Positions 45,484 to 53,316 of a stretch of 57,293 nt of DNA are shown here, one piece after another. Every line of letters begins with the position of its first letter. The first letter of the stretch is position 1. The notes beneath the pieces are model-generated. The model had not been told where the DNA came from. It saw only the letters and a program-made list of their open reading frames with translations, and did not search any database. The stretch comes from Acidobacteriota bacterium. Lineage in GTDB: Bacteria; Acidobacteriota; Terriglobia; Terriglobales; Acidobacteriaceae. The stretch spans positions 1 through 57,293 of the forward strand of contig JAJZCA010000001.1 in assembly GCA_021798735.1 (NCBI GenBank), in the 5' to 3' direction. Both the position numbers and the translations under genes were made by a program.

Positions 45484-48009
45484 ATGCGTTGGACAATTGA
45501 ACGGTTGCGCCTGGCAATCATCGTGGTGGCAGCGCTGCTGGTGCTGTCCATCCTCGGGTCGATCGTTTACGGGCGCTGGCGAATTCGTCGCGTTGTGCAG
45601 GACCTGCCATCCCGTTTGGGAATCCAGATCAAGTCGACGTCGCGGGACTTTACCTACTCGAAGACGCAGGGGGGGCGCAAGATATTCACGCTGCATGCGG
45701 CGCGTGCGATCAGTTTCAAAACCGGCGGACGGGTAGAGTTGCACGATGTCGAAATTGACATGTACAACCGGCAGAATGACCAGGCGGACACCATCTCCGG
45801 AAAAGACTTCGAGTACGACCAGAACAATCAAATTGTGATTGCGCAGGGAGAGGCGCACATCCTGCTGCATGCTCAGCCGCCATCGCATCCGGAGCCCGGC
45901 GCGAATCCGGATGCCCAGGTCATTCACGTGACGACGCACGGGTTGGTTTTCAATCAAAAAACAGGCGAAGCCACATGCAGAGGCGAAGTGGATTTTCAGT
46001 ATTCGAAATCCTCGGGTAAGGCGTTAGGGGCCGAGTACTATTCAAAAACTGGGCAATTGATATTGCAGTCCCAGGTTGTGTTGACGACGAAGATGCAAGA
46101 CCGATCTGCCGTCGTGCACGCATCGCATGCGGTGTACGACCGGCAGGCAGCCGAGGTGCACCTGTTGGAACCGCGATATCTGTCGAGCGATCCCAAGGGT
46201 GACCAGCGCGGCAGCGCGGGCACGGCAACAGTGTTTCTGCGACCGGACGGGACAGCGCAACGAATGAACGCGCAGAATGCGGTCGAGATTGCCTCTGCGG
46301 ACGGGACGGGGATACGTTCGTCCGCGGTGCAGGTGCAGATGGATGAACAAAACCAGCCGCAGCAGGCGCATTTTTTCGGTGGAGTGCAACTGACACAGAA
46401 TCAGCCAACGCAGCAGACGGTCGGCGGTGGGCGTCAGGCCGTGGTCGACTTTGACGCGAACGGTCACGCAAAGCTTGTCACGCTGGATGGAGACGTAAAT
46501 TTTCAACAGCAGCTCAATGCCGATAAGGACCAATTGCATCGCACGCTGACGGCGAGCCACATGGTGCTGCATCTGCGACCGGGACAGCGCGCGGGGAAGG
46601 CTGGAAAAGTCCAGACCGGTCAGGCGCAATTGCAGGAGGCCGAAGCGACCGGCGGCGCGGTGTTTACGGCGCAGAACACAGTGGCAGGTCACCCCCCGCA
46701 GGCGACGAGCATTGCCGCGCAGAGGATGAAGGCGAAATTTGCGGCTGGGAATCAGATGCAGCATCTCGATGGCGTCGGGCAGACGCGCTTACGCATGGTC
46801 GCGCCGAACGGTGACATCGATACGAGTACCGGGGATGTGCTGGCGATCGACTTTGTGACGGGGATGCCTAAGGCATCGTCCCAGCACCATGGCGCGGGTA
46901 GTCTCACGAATGCCCAGTCGGTCCGAACGGCGGTGCAGACCGGGCATGTGGTGTTGCAGCAGACACCGGCAAAAAAAACCGGCGGAACAGGTTCAGATGC
47001 CGGCACGCAAATATCCACCGCGACTGCGGCCCGAGCAGAATATGAAGGAGAGAGCGACACTCTGACGTTGACAGGGGCACCGGTCTTCCGTGACGACACC
47101 CTGGAGATGACCGCTGAACGATTCGATGTGCAACGCGCTGTTGGTAATATGTTGGCGACCGGTTCGGTGCAGACCACGGTTCGATCGAGCAGCCAGATGG
47201 GGTCGGGAGGACTGTTGGGCGGCAACCAGCCGACCCACGTGATTGCCCGCCAGGCACTGTTGCAGCACGATACTCAGAGGGCCATTTTCACTGGCGCTGC
47301 GCGGCTTTGGCAGGGGGACAATTCCGTGGAGGCCCCGGTGATTGAGCTATCGCAGAAGATGCAGATGCTGGTTGCTTATAGCAACGAATCCTGCACGCGA
47401 TGCGTCCATGCGACGTTGCTGGGTCAGTCCGCGGAATCTGTGCAGCCGACGAAACAGCCGACGAAACAAAAGACAACAAAGGCGGGGGGCCCTGGCAATC
47501 GTGATGCCAATCGCGGACCGTCGACATTTCGTGTATTGAGCCGTCGGCTGGTGTATTCGGACGCGGAGCGTAAAGCCACCTTCTCCGGCCATGTGCAGGC
47601 GATCAGTCCAAACGGCGATGTTTTTGCGGACCGCGCGGAAGTGTTTCTAACGCCTTCAATGGGTCACTCCCAAGTGAAGCCAGTGGTCGCGTCGACGGAA
47701 AAAGAAAACAAAGCGTCCTCCTCGCGCAACAATTTGCCGGAATCTTCCGTTGAAAGAATTGTCGGCACGGGACACGTCGTGGTGGAGCAGCCGGGACGGC
47801 GCGGCACAGGGACCCGGCTGGTGTATACGGCGAGCGACGGCCGTTTCGTGCTGACGGGAGACGGTGCCAATCCTCCGCAGGTGGTGGACTCAATACAGGG
47901 AACGGTCACGGGACAGGTTCTCACGTTTTCCTCACAGACACAGGCGATAATAGTGAATGGAACATCCAACGATACGGCAGTAACGAAGACGCGGGTGCAA
48001 AAGGAATAA
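45484..48009 (+). CDS. LPS transport periplasmic bridge protein, LptC-like N-terminus fused to multiple LptA/OstA-like repeats
   Basis: 841 aa. A TM anchor '[20 protein letters not shown]' is followed by an LptC-like segment ('[39 protein letters not shown]'). At least five recurrences of the OstA/LptA-type motif follow ('[16 protein letters not shown]', '[20 protein letters not shown]', '[23 protein letters not shown]', '[20 protein letters not shown]', '[18 protein letters not shown]'). The stop overlaps the lptB start (TAATG). Confidence 0.75.
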   Translation: MRWTIERLRLAIIVVAALLVLSILGSIVYGRWRIRRVVQDLPSRLGIQIKSTSRDFTYSKTQGGRKIFTLHAARAISFKTGGRVELHDVEIDMYNRQNDQADTISGKDFEYDQNNQIVIAQGEAHILLHAQPPSHPEPGANPDAQVIHVTTHGLVFNQKTGEATCRGEVDFQYSKSSGKALGAEYYSKTGQLILQSQVVLTTKMQDRSAVVHASHAVYDRQAAEVHLLEPRYLSSDPKGDQRGSAGTATVFLRPDGTAQRMNAQNAVEIASADGTGIRSSAVQVQMDEQNQPQQAHFFGGVQLTQNQPTQQTVGGGRQAVVDFDANGHAKLVTLDGDVNFQQQLNADKDQLHRTLTASHMVLHLRPGQRAGKAGKVQTGQAQLQEAEATGGAVFTAQNTVAGHPPQATSIAAQRMKAKFAAGNQMQHLDGVGQTRLRMVAPNGDIDTSTGDVLAIDFVTGMPKASSQHHGAGSLTNAQSVRTAVQTGHVVLQQTPAKKTGGTGSDAGTQISTATAARAEYEGESDTLTLTGAPVFRDDTLEMTAERFDVQRAVGNMLATGSVQTTVRSSSQMGSGGLLGGNQPTHVIARQALLQHDTQRAIFTGAARLWQGDNSVEAPVIELSQKMQMLVAYSNESCTRCVHATLLGQSAESVQPTKQPTKQKTTKAGGPGNRDANRGPSTFRVLSRRLVYSDAERKATFSGHVQAISPNGDVFADRAEVFLTPSMGHSQVKPVVASTEKENKASSSRNNLPESSVERIVGTGHVVVEQPGRRGTGTRLVYTASDGRFVLTGDGANPPQVVDSIQGTVTGQVLTFSSQTQAIIVNGTSNDTAVTKTRVQKE

Positions 48010-48737
48010 TGCAGCGACTGACAACCGACCAGTTGGCGAAGAATTATCGGGGAAGGCAGGTCGTGCGAGGCGTCAGCCTCGATATCCACAAAGGTGAAGT
48101 CGTGGGGCTGCTGGGGCCGAACGGTGCCGGCAAGACCACAACCTTCTACATGATTGTTGGCCTGGTTGAACCGGACGCGGGGCGCGTGCTGGTGGGCGAC
48201 CGGGACATTACACGGCTGCCCATGTACCTGCGGGCCCGTAACTACGGAATCAGTTACCTGCCGCAGGAGCCGTCCATTTTTCGCAAGCTAACGGTAGAAG
48301 AAAATATTCTGGCCGTGTTGGAAGTGCAGCCCGGGGGATGGCAGCAGCGGCGAGCGCGGATGGAGCGATTGATTGAACAGCTCAGCCTCGGCCACGTGCG
48401 GAAGACGCGTGGCTACGCCCTCTCCGGTGGGGAACGCAGGCGTGTCGAGATTGCCCGGTGTCTGTCGATCGAGCCAAATTTCATTTTGCTGGACGAACCT
48501 TTTTCCGGAATCGATCCGATTGCCGTCCACGATTTGCAGGACATTATTTTTGACCTGAAAGCCAGCGGATATGGCGTCTTAATCACCGACCATAACGTGC
48601 GCGAGACCCTGACCGTGACCGACCGGGCCTACATCATCAACGAAGGAAAGATTTTCCGCACGGGCACGCCGGAAGAACTGGGTCAGGACCCGGAAGTCAG
48701 GCGAGTCTATCTTGGCGAGGGTTTCACTCTGAATTAG
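48009..48737 (+). CDS. lptB: LPS export ABC transporter ATP-binding protein LptB
   Basis: '[24 protein letters not shown]', '[18 protein letters not shown]', '[13 protein letters not shown]', '[12 protein letters not shown]', '[10 protein letters not shown]'. Confidence 0.95.
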   Translation: MQRLTTDQLAKNYRGRQVVRGVSLDIHKGEVVGLLGPNGAGKTTTFYMIVGLVEPDAGRVLVGDRDITRLPMYLRARNYGISYLPQEPSIFRKLTVEENILAVLEVQPGGWQQRRARMERLIEQLSLGHVRKTRGYALSGGERRRVEIARCLSIEPNFILLDEPFSGIDPIAVHDLQDIIFDLKASGYGVLITDHNVRETLTVTDRAYIINEGKIFRTGTPEELGQDPEVRRVYLGEGFTLN

Positions 48738-48826
48738 GTCGGATTGTCCGCGGCTGCTCAGCCTGACCATGTCTGCCGACCCATCCGGCCACCACCAACG
48801 TAACCACTGAAAGCCCCCTGCAAGCA

Positions 48827-48862
48827 ATTTGCGTGCAAATTTTGCAAATATAAGATTATAAA
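48827..48862 (+). promoter_or_regulatory. AT-rich TTGC/GCAA palindrome cluster and candidate sigma-70 promoter upstream of rpoN
   Basis: 'ATTTGC-GT-GCAAAT' inverted repeat (48827..48840) is followed by 'TTTGCAAAT'. Possible -35 'GTGCAA' (48833) and -10 'TATAAA' (48857) with an 18-nt spacer. It lies in a 219-bp spacer that is much more AT-rich than its surroundings. Confidence 0.3.
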
Positions 48863-48956
48863 ATAGATAAAGATACTTTTTGGGGCTCTGCCGAAATCAG
48901 GTTGGTGCGCCCCATGTAAACTGAACCTAACTCTTCGGTCCAATTGGAATCTTGTT

Positions 48957-50783
48957 ATGGCGCTTCTTCAACCCCGGCTGAATTTGAAGGTCTCGCAGAA
49001 GCAGATCCTGACCCCTGGTCTGGTTCAGATGGTCAGCCTGCTGGCCCTGAACAAGCAGGAACTGAAGGAGATGATCGACGCGGAGCTTCTGGAGAACCCG
49101 GTTCTCGAGGAGTTGGAAGAGGCGGTCCCGCTGGCGGAGGAAATTCGCACTCCCGAGGATGCGGCTCCTGCCGGCGAGGAAAAAGCTGAAGAGAAAGATC
49201 CGTTTGACGAGATCGACTTTGGCTCCTATTTCCAGGACTACCTGGATCCCGGGTATCGCACCCCGCAAAGCACCGAAATCAACGAGAAGCCCTCGTTCGA
49301 GAATTTTCTCTCCAAGCCGACGACCCTGACCGACCACCTGATGTGGCAGCTAGGCTCGCTGCATTTGACGGATGGAGTCCGTGAAGCTGCCGAGCTGGTG
49401 ATTGGTAACCTGGATGAAGATGGATATCTGACGGCCAGCGATGAAGAACTGCTGGCAGTACTAGCACAGCAAAGGCCGCAGGACCGGGTGGGCGTGGCTC
49501 ATGCGGCGGTCGCTGCCAGTTCCAATGGCCATAAAGCATTCGCAGGGGAGCAGGCGGACAAGGTAGCGACTGACCTGAACAGCCAGGTCGTGTCGAGCCA
49601 TGGTGCGATGGATCATGGGTCAACTTCCCACGGGGCGAATCCACTGCAGGCCAGTCTTGCTGGCGAATCGAACGGGCACATTCCACAGATCAAATATTCC
49701 TCCGCATTGAAACGCGACCTGGAAGAGGCGCTGCACATCGTGCGAAGGTTCGATCCGGTGGGAATCGCTGCGCGGGATCTGCGGGAGTGCTTGCTGACTC
49801 AACTGGATGTGCGGACGCAGCAGGCTGGCGAACTAGCGGAAGGGATACGGTTGGCCGCAGCCGCAGACACCGGCGAGAACGATCTGCAGGGGGATGAATC
49901 GCGGGCGGAGTTGGCCGGATCCGGTCAGAGCGAGGCTGATCGTGTTTCGGCGGAACAAATTCAGTCCGAAGCCGATGCGGTAATGGCGCTGGCGCGGCGG
50001 ATTATCGACGAATTTTTGCCGAACCTGTTAAAGCGGGATATCCGTGAACTGGCCCGTTTTACCGGGAGCCCGCAGCCCAGGGTGCATCTGGCGATTGAGT
50101 CGATTCGTGGCCTCGATCCTAAACCCGGCCAGCGCTACAACCGCGAGCAGGTTCGGCTGATTGAACCCGATGTCGCGTTCCAAAAGCGCGACGACGAGTA
50201 CGTCATCCTGATCAATGATGAGGAGATGCCGACCTTGCGGCTGAACCAGGGTTATCGCCGCATGTTGAGCCAGGAGGGCACGGAGCGCGAGGTGAAGGAC
50301 TATGTCAAAGAGCGCTATCGCTCGGCCATCCAACTGATGCGCAACATTGAGCAGCGGAAAAATACGATTCTGCGTACCTGCGAAGTGATTGTGCGCCGCC
50401 AGCGCGAATTCCTCGAGGAAGGCGTCGACTCGCTGAAACCCATGATGATCAAGGATGTGGCGGAAGAGATTGGCGTCCATGCCTCCACGGTGAGCCGAGC
50501 GGTCGCCAACAAGTATGTGCACACGCCGCAGGGAGTGTACGAACTGCGCTTCTTTTTCTCCGAGGGAGTCAATGGGCCGGAAGGATCGGACACGCCGCTG
50601 CTGTTGCTGAAGCGCAAGGTGAAGAAGATGATTGAAGAGGAAGATTCCAGCAAGCCGCTGACGGACGACGCCATTGCCCATTTGCTGCAATCGCAGGGAA
50701 TTGCGGTGAACCGGCGCACCGTGGCCAAATACCGTGAGGACATGGGAATCCCCAGCACCCACCAGCGTCGCGTACGCATCTGA
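48957..50783 (+). CDS. rpoN: RNA polymerase sigma-54 factor (expanded, 608 aa)
   Basis: Region I 'MALLQPRLNLKVSQKQILTPGLVQMVSLL', an acidic region II, 'GIAARDLRECLLTQL', the HTH, and the RpoN box 'NRRTVAKYRE'. Confidence 0.95.
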   Translation: MALLQPRLNLKVSQKQILTPGLVQMVSLLALNKQELKEMIDAELLENPVLEELEEAVPLAEEIRTPEDAAPAGEEKAEEKDPFDEIDFGSYFQDYLDPGYRTPQSTEINEKPSFENFLSKPTTLTDHLMWQLGSLHLTDGVREAAELVIGNLDEDGYLTASDEELLAVLAQQRPQDRVGVAHAAVAASSNGHKAFAGEQADKVATDLNSQVVSSHGAMDHGSTSHGANPLQASLAGESNGHIPQIKYSSALKRDLEEALHIVRRFDPVGIAARDLRECLLTQLDVRTQQAGELAEGIRLAAAADTGENDLQGDESRAELAGSGQSEADRVSAEQIQSEADAVMALARRIIDEFLPNLLKRDIRELARFTGSPQPRVHLAIESIRGLDPKPGQRYNREQVRLIEPDVAFQKRDDEYVILINDEEMPTLRLNQGYRRMLSQEGTEREVKDYVKERYRSAIQLMRNIEQRKNTILRTCEVIVRRQREFLEEGVDSLKPMMIKDVAEEIGVHASTVSRAVANKYVHTPQGVYELRFFFSEGVNGPEGSDTPLLLLKRKVKKMIEEEDSSKPLTDDAIAHLLQSQGIAVNRRTVAKYREDMGIPSTHQRRVRI

Positions 50784-50821
50784 ATGAATAGTTGAATCAA
50801 AAGAAACCAGACTCAGGAGAA

Positions 50822-51421
50822 ATGCGGATGGACTCCGAACTTACTGGAAGAAACGTCAAGATCACCAAAGACCTGCGTGCCATGGCGGATGACAGCCTGA
50901 ACCGGATCGAGAAAATTGTGGGCAGAGGCGCAAGCGCGCGCATCATTTTCAGTTCCCAGAAACATCTTTCGACTGTGGACGTGACTGTAACGGCCCGTCA
51001 ACACACGGTAGTGGGGGTGGCAGAAGCGCCAGACCTGACCATTGCCTTGCGGACGGCATTGGAGAAGGCGGAAAAACAGGCCATTCGCTGGAGGAAAAGC
51101 AAGGTCGAGAAAAAGCGGCAGGCCAAGCCGATCAGCGCCGTATTGCCGGAGGTTCCCGAAGAAAAAATCGCGCCCAAGGAAGCGGTCGCGGGTGTCGGCA
51201 GGAACGGAAACGCATCGCTGGCGGGGAAGAGAAAACCTTCTGGAGTGCACATTGTGCCGGCACCGGAAGCGATGGCGCGGCGGCCCATGACCATTGAAGA
51301 AGCGGTGAAAGAAGCGGAAGCAGGCGACCGGCAGGTATTTGTGTTTCGCGATTTAGCAGGCGATGTGAAAGTGCTGCATTGCGCGGGCGACGGATTGGTG
51401 CGGCTGACGGAAGTTTCGTGA
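50822..51421 (+). CDS. hpf: Ribosome hibernation promoting factor, long form
   Basis: The N-terminal S30AE domain ('LTGRNVKITKDLRAMADDSLNRIEK') is followed by a basic linker. The C-terminal dimerisation domain is 'RRPMTIEEAVKEAEAGDRQVFVFRDLAGDVKVLH'. An AGGAGA SD precedes ATG 50822. Confidence 0.9.
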   Translation: MRMDSELTGRNVKITKDLRAMADDSLNRIEKIVGRGASARIIFSSQKHLSTVDVTVTARQHTVVGVAEAPDLTIALRTALEKAEKQAIRWRKSKVEKKRQAKPISAVLPEVPEEKIAPKEAVAGVGRNGNASLAGKRKPSGVHIVPAPEAMARRPMTIEEAVKEAEAGDRQVFVFRDLAGDVKVLHCAGDGLVRLTEVS

Positions 51422-51530
51422 TTGTCGCGGACGCAGCAAGAATTCTGCCGCGTCGGGCGTCGTTTTGACCGTACAATCTTGATTCACCCTTGGCATAGCT
51501 GAACGATTGCCGCGGAACGGAAGAGGACCG

Positions 51531-52526
51531 ATGACGCGCACGGCTGGAAAGAAACAATCAAAGCCAAAGGTTGCTACGGCGCGCGCGAAGAAGACGCCAG
51601 CGGATGTGGGCGAATTTACGGCGTCCTCTTCGGCGGTGCGTGGTCGGAGTGTAGAGGTAAAACGGCCGCTCGCCGAGAATGAACTTGTCATTCTGACAGG
51701 CATGTCGGGATCAGGAAAATTGTCGGCGCTGAAAGCGTTTGAAGACCTCGGCTATTATTCGGTCGACAATCTTCCGATCGATCTGATTCCAGCCTTTGCC
51801 GATCTGATCCGTCAATCTCCTGAAACGAATCGCGCCGCGCTGGTGATTGATGTGCGTGAGGGCTCGCATCTCGATCGCTTCCCGGCCATATTGCGCAAGG
51901 TGCGGCAGACAACATCGACGCGGCTGCTCTTTCTTGAAGCATCCGAGGAGGCGCTGCTGCGGCGCTTTTCAGAAACCCGGCGGCCACATCCTCTGGGCCG
52001 CATCGATACCATTCGGCGCTCGATTCAGTCGGAACGGAAATTGCTGGAGCCGCTGCGCAACATTGCGGACGTCTGCATCGATACGACGAATTTTAATGTG
52101 CACGAATTGCGTGCTCACATCAATGGGCTGTTTCAACCGGAAAGCGGCGAAAAGAACCTGCTGATTTCGTCGATCAGCTTCGGCTACAAAAATGGCGTAC
52201 CGCAGGAAGCTGATCTGGTGTTCGATGTGCGCTTCCTGCCCAATCCGCATTTCATCCCGGAATTTCGTCCGCTCACCGGCCAGGATGAAAAAGTGGTGCG
52301 CTACATCAATCGCTTTCCGGAGACGAAGGAATTTATTCAGAAGATCCACGACCTGCTGCTGTTTCTGTTGCCGCATTACGTGCAGGAAGGCAAGAGCTAT
52401 CTGAGCGTGGCGTTCGGGTGTACGGGGGGTCAGCACCGCTCGGTGATGATCGCGGAAAAGATGCAGGCGCTGCTCCAGGCCGACGGCTACCAGGTGAAAT
52501 GCCTGCACCGGGACATGCCGAGATAA
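51531..52526 (+). CDS. rapZ: RNase adapter protein RapZ (YhbJ family) with basic N-terminal extension
   Basis: 'LVILTGMSGSGKLSALKAFEDLGYYSVDNLP', 'FLEASEEALLRRFSETRRPHP', 'FDVRFLPNPHF' and 'GCTGGQHRSV'. About 52 Lys/Ala/Thr-rich residues precede the P-loop strand. Confidence 0.9.
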   Translation: MTRTAGKKQSKPKVATARAKKTPADVGEFTASSSAVRGRSVEVKRPLAENELVILTGMSGSGKLSALKAFEDLGYYSVDNLPIDLIPAFADLIRQSPETNRAALVIDVREGSHLDRFPAILRKVRQTTSTRLLFLEASEEALLRRFSETRRPHPLGRIDTIRRSIQSERKLLEPLRNIADVCIDTTNFNVHELRAHINGLFQPESGEKNLLISSISFGYKNGVPQEADLVFDVRFLPNPHFIPEFRPLTGQDEKVVRYINRFPETKEFIQKIHDLLLFLLPHYVQEGKSYLSVAFGCTGGQHRSVMIAEKMQALLQADGYQVKCLHRDMPR

Positions 52527-52599
52527 GCGCAGATACGTCTACTGGATTCGCCGGTAGGTTCGAAAATTAACCATAGGCCGTGGAGGATTCTACCTCGAT

Positions 52600-52935
52600 T
52601 CAGGGACGATGTTTTTCCTGGTCGCTATTACGAAGACGGGAACGCACAAAGCCGCCTATCAGGCTGAGAACACCTGTTCCTAACAACGCAGAAGCTGCTT
52701 CCGGATGGCTGTTCATCACTAAGTAGACATAGCCGCCAACAACAGAGAACAGGCATATCACGCCGGCAGCTAGGCTTGCGATTGCATACCGAAACTCTCT
52801 CTGTAACTCATGATCCCTATTACGTAGAACCAGGTCGGGAAGACTAGGATCGATGTTTCTGTATTCTTGAAGTTGTTCGGGGCTTAGGACAACAGCGGTC
52901 TGTGATGGAACCATACCTTTTGTGCCCTTTTTCAT
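52600..52935 (-). CDS. DUF2335-like membrane protein
   Basis: 111 aa. A charged N-terminal segment 'LSPEQLQEYRNIDPSLPDLVLRNRDHELQREFRY' is followed by two TM helices ('IASLAAGVICLFSVVGGYVYLV', 'ASALLGTGVLSLIGGFV'). This is the architecture I associate with Pfam DUF2335. The local GC is lower than the flanks. Confidence 0.55.
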   Translation of the reverse strand: MKKGTKGMVPSQTAVVLSPEQLQEYRNIDPSLPDLVLRNRDHELQREFRYAIASLAAGVICLFSVVGGYVYLVMNSHPEAASALLGTGVLSLIGGFVRSRLRNSDQEKHRP

Positions 52936-52941
52936 TGCCGC

Positions 52942-53292
52942 TTAGCGGCGCAATGCGTGCTTTTCAGTGTATTCGTCGGGTGACGAAGGCTGCGTGTTGC
53001 TCAGCTTCCTTGCTGCAAGTAGGCGAGCACGCCGCATCGCTTCGACTGCGCAATGGAATCGCTCCTTGTTGGCATCGAGCTCTCCGCTCGCTCTAAATTC
53101 ATCCAAAGTGCGACTGTCGATAAGCTCAGTTGGAGCAGAAGGCCGGAGAAGCTTTCCAAATAGGCCTGCTCCAGTCAGGCCATCCAAAAACGAAGCTGTG
53201 ATGATTTTTTCCATTTGGGCGTCCGCGCAAGCCACATCGCTATTGAGCTTAAGCTTAACACGGCCACTTGACCTTTTCATGCCTAATACCAT
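52942..53292 (-). CDS. Hypothetical soluble protein (about 110-123 aa), orphan
   Basis: ORF 52942..53313. Candidate starts are GTG 53313, ATG 53292 and ATG 53280. No recognised motif. It ends 6 nt before the DUF2335-like start and begins 3-36 nt after the priA stop. Confidence 0.45.
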   Translation of the reverse strand: MVLGMKRSSGRVKLKLNSDVACADAQMEKIITASFLDGLTGAGLFGKLLRPSAPTELIDSRTLDEFRASGELDANKERFHCAVEAMRRARLLAARKLSNTQPSSPDEYTEKHALRR

Positions 53293-53316
53293 TCCATCAA
53301 GTCTTGGCCTCACCGA

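Noticed and set aside
51491-51510. A 'TGGCAT...TTGC' element upstream of rapZ, considered as a sigma-54 promoter
   Set aside because: The GG-to-GC spacing is about 17 nt instead of the required 12, so it does not fit the -24/-12 consensus.
51687-51696. 'GTCATTCTGA' inside rapZ, identical to the family-1 repeat arm
   Set aside because: It encodes the conserved 'LVILTG' strand before the P-loop and has no partner arm or cargo modules. It is a coincidental 10-mer.
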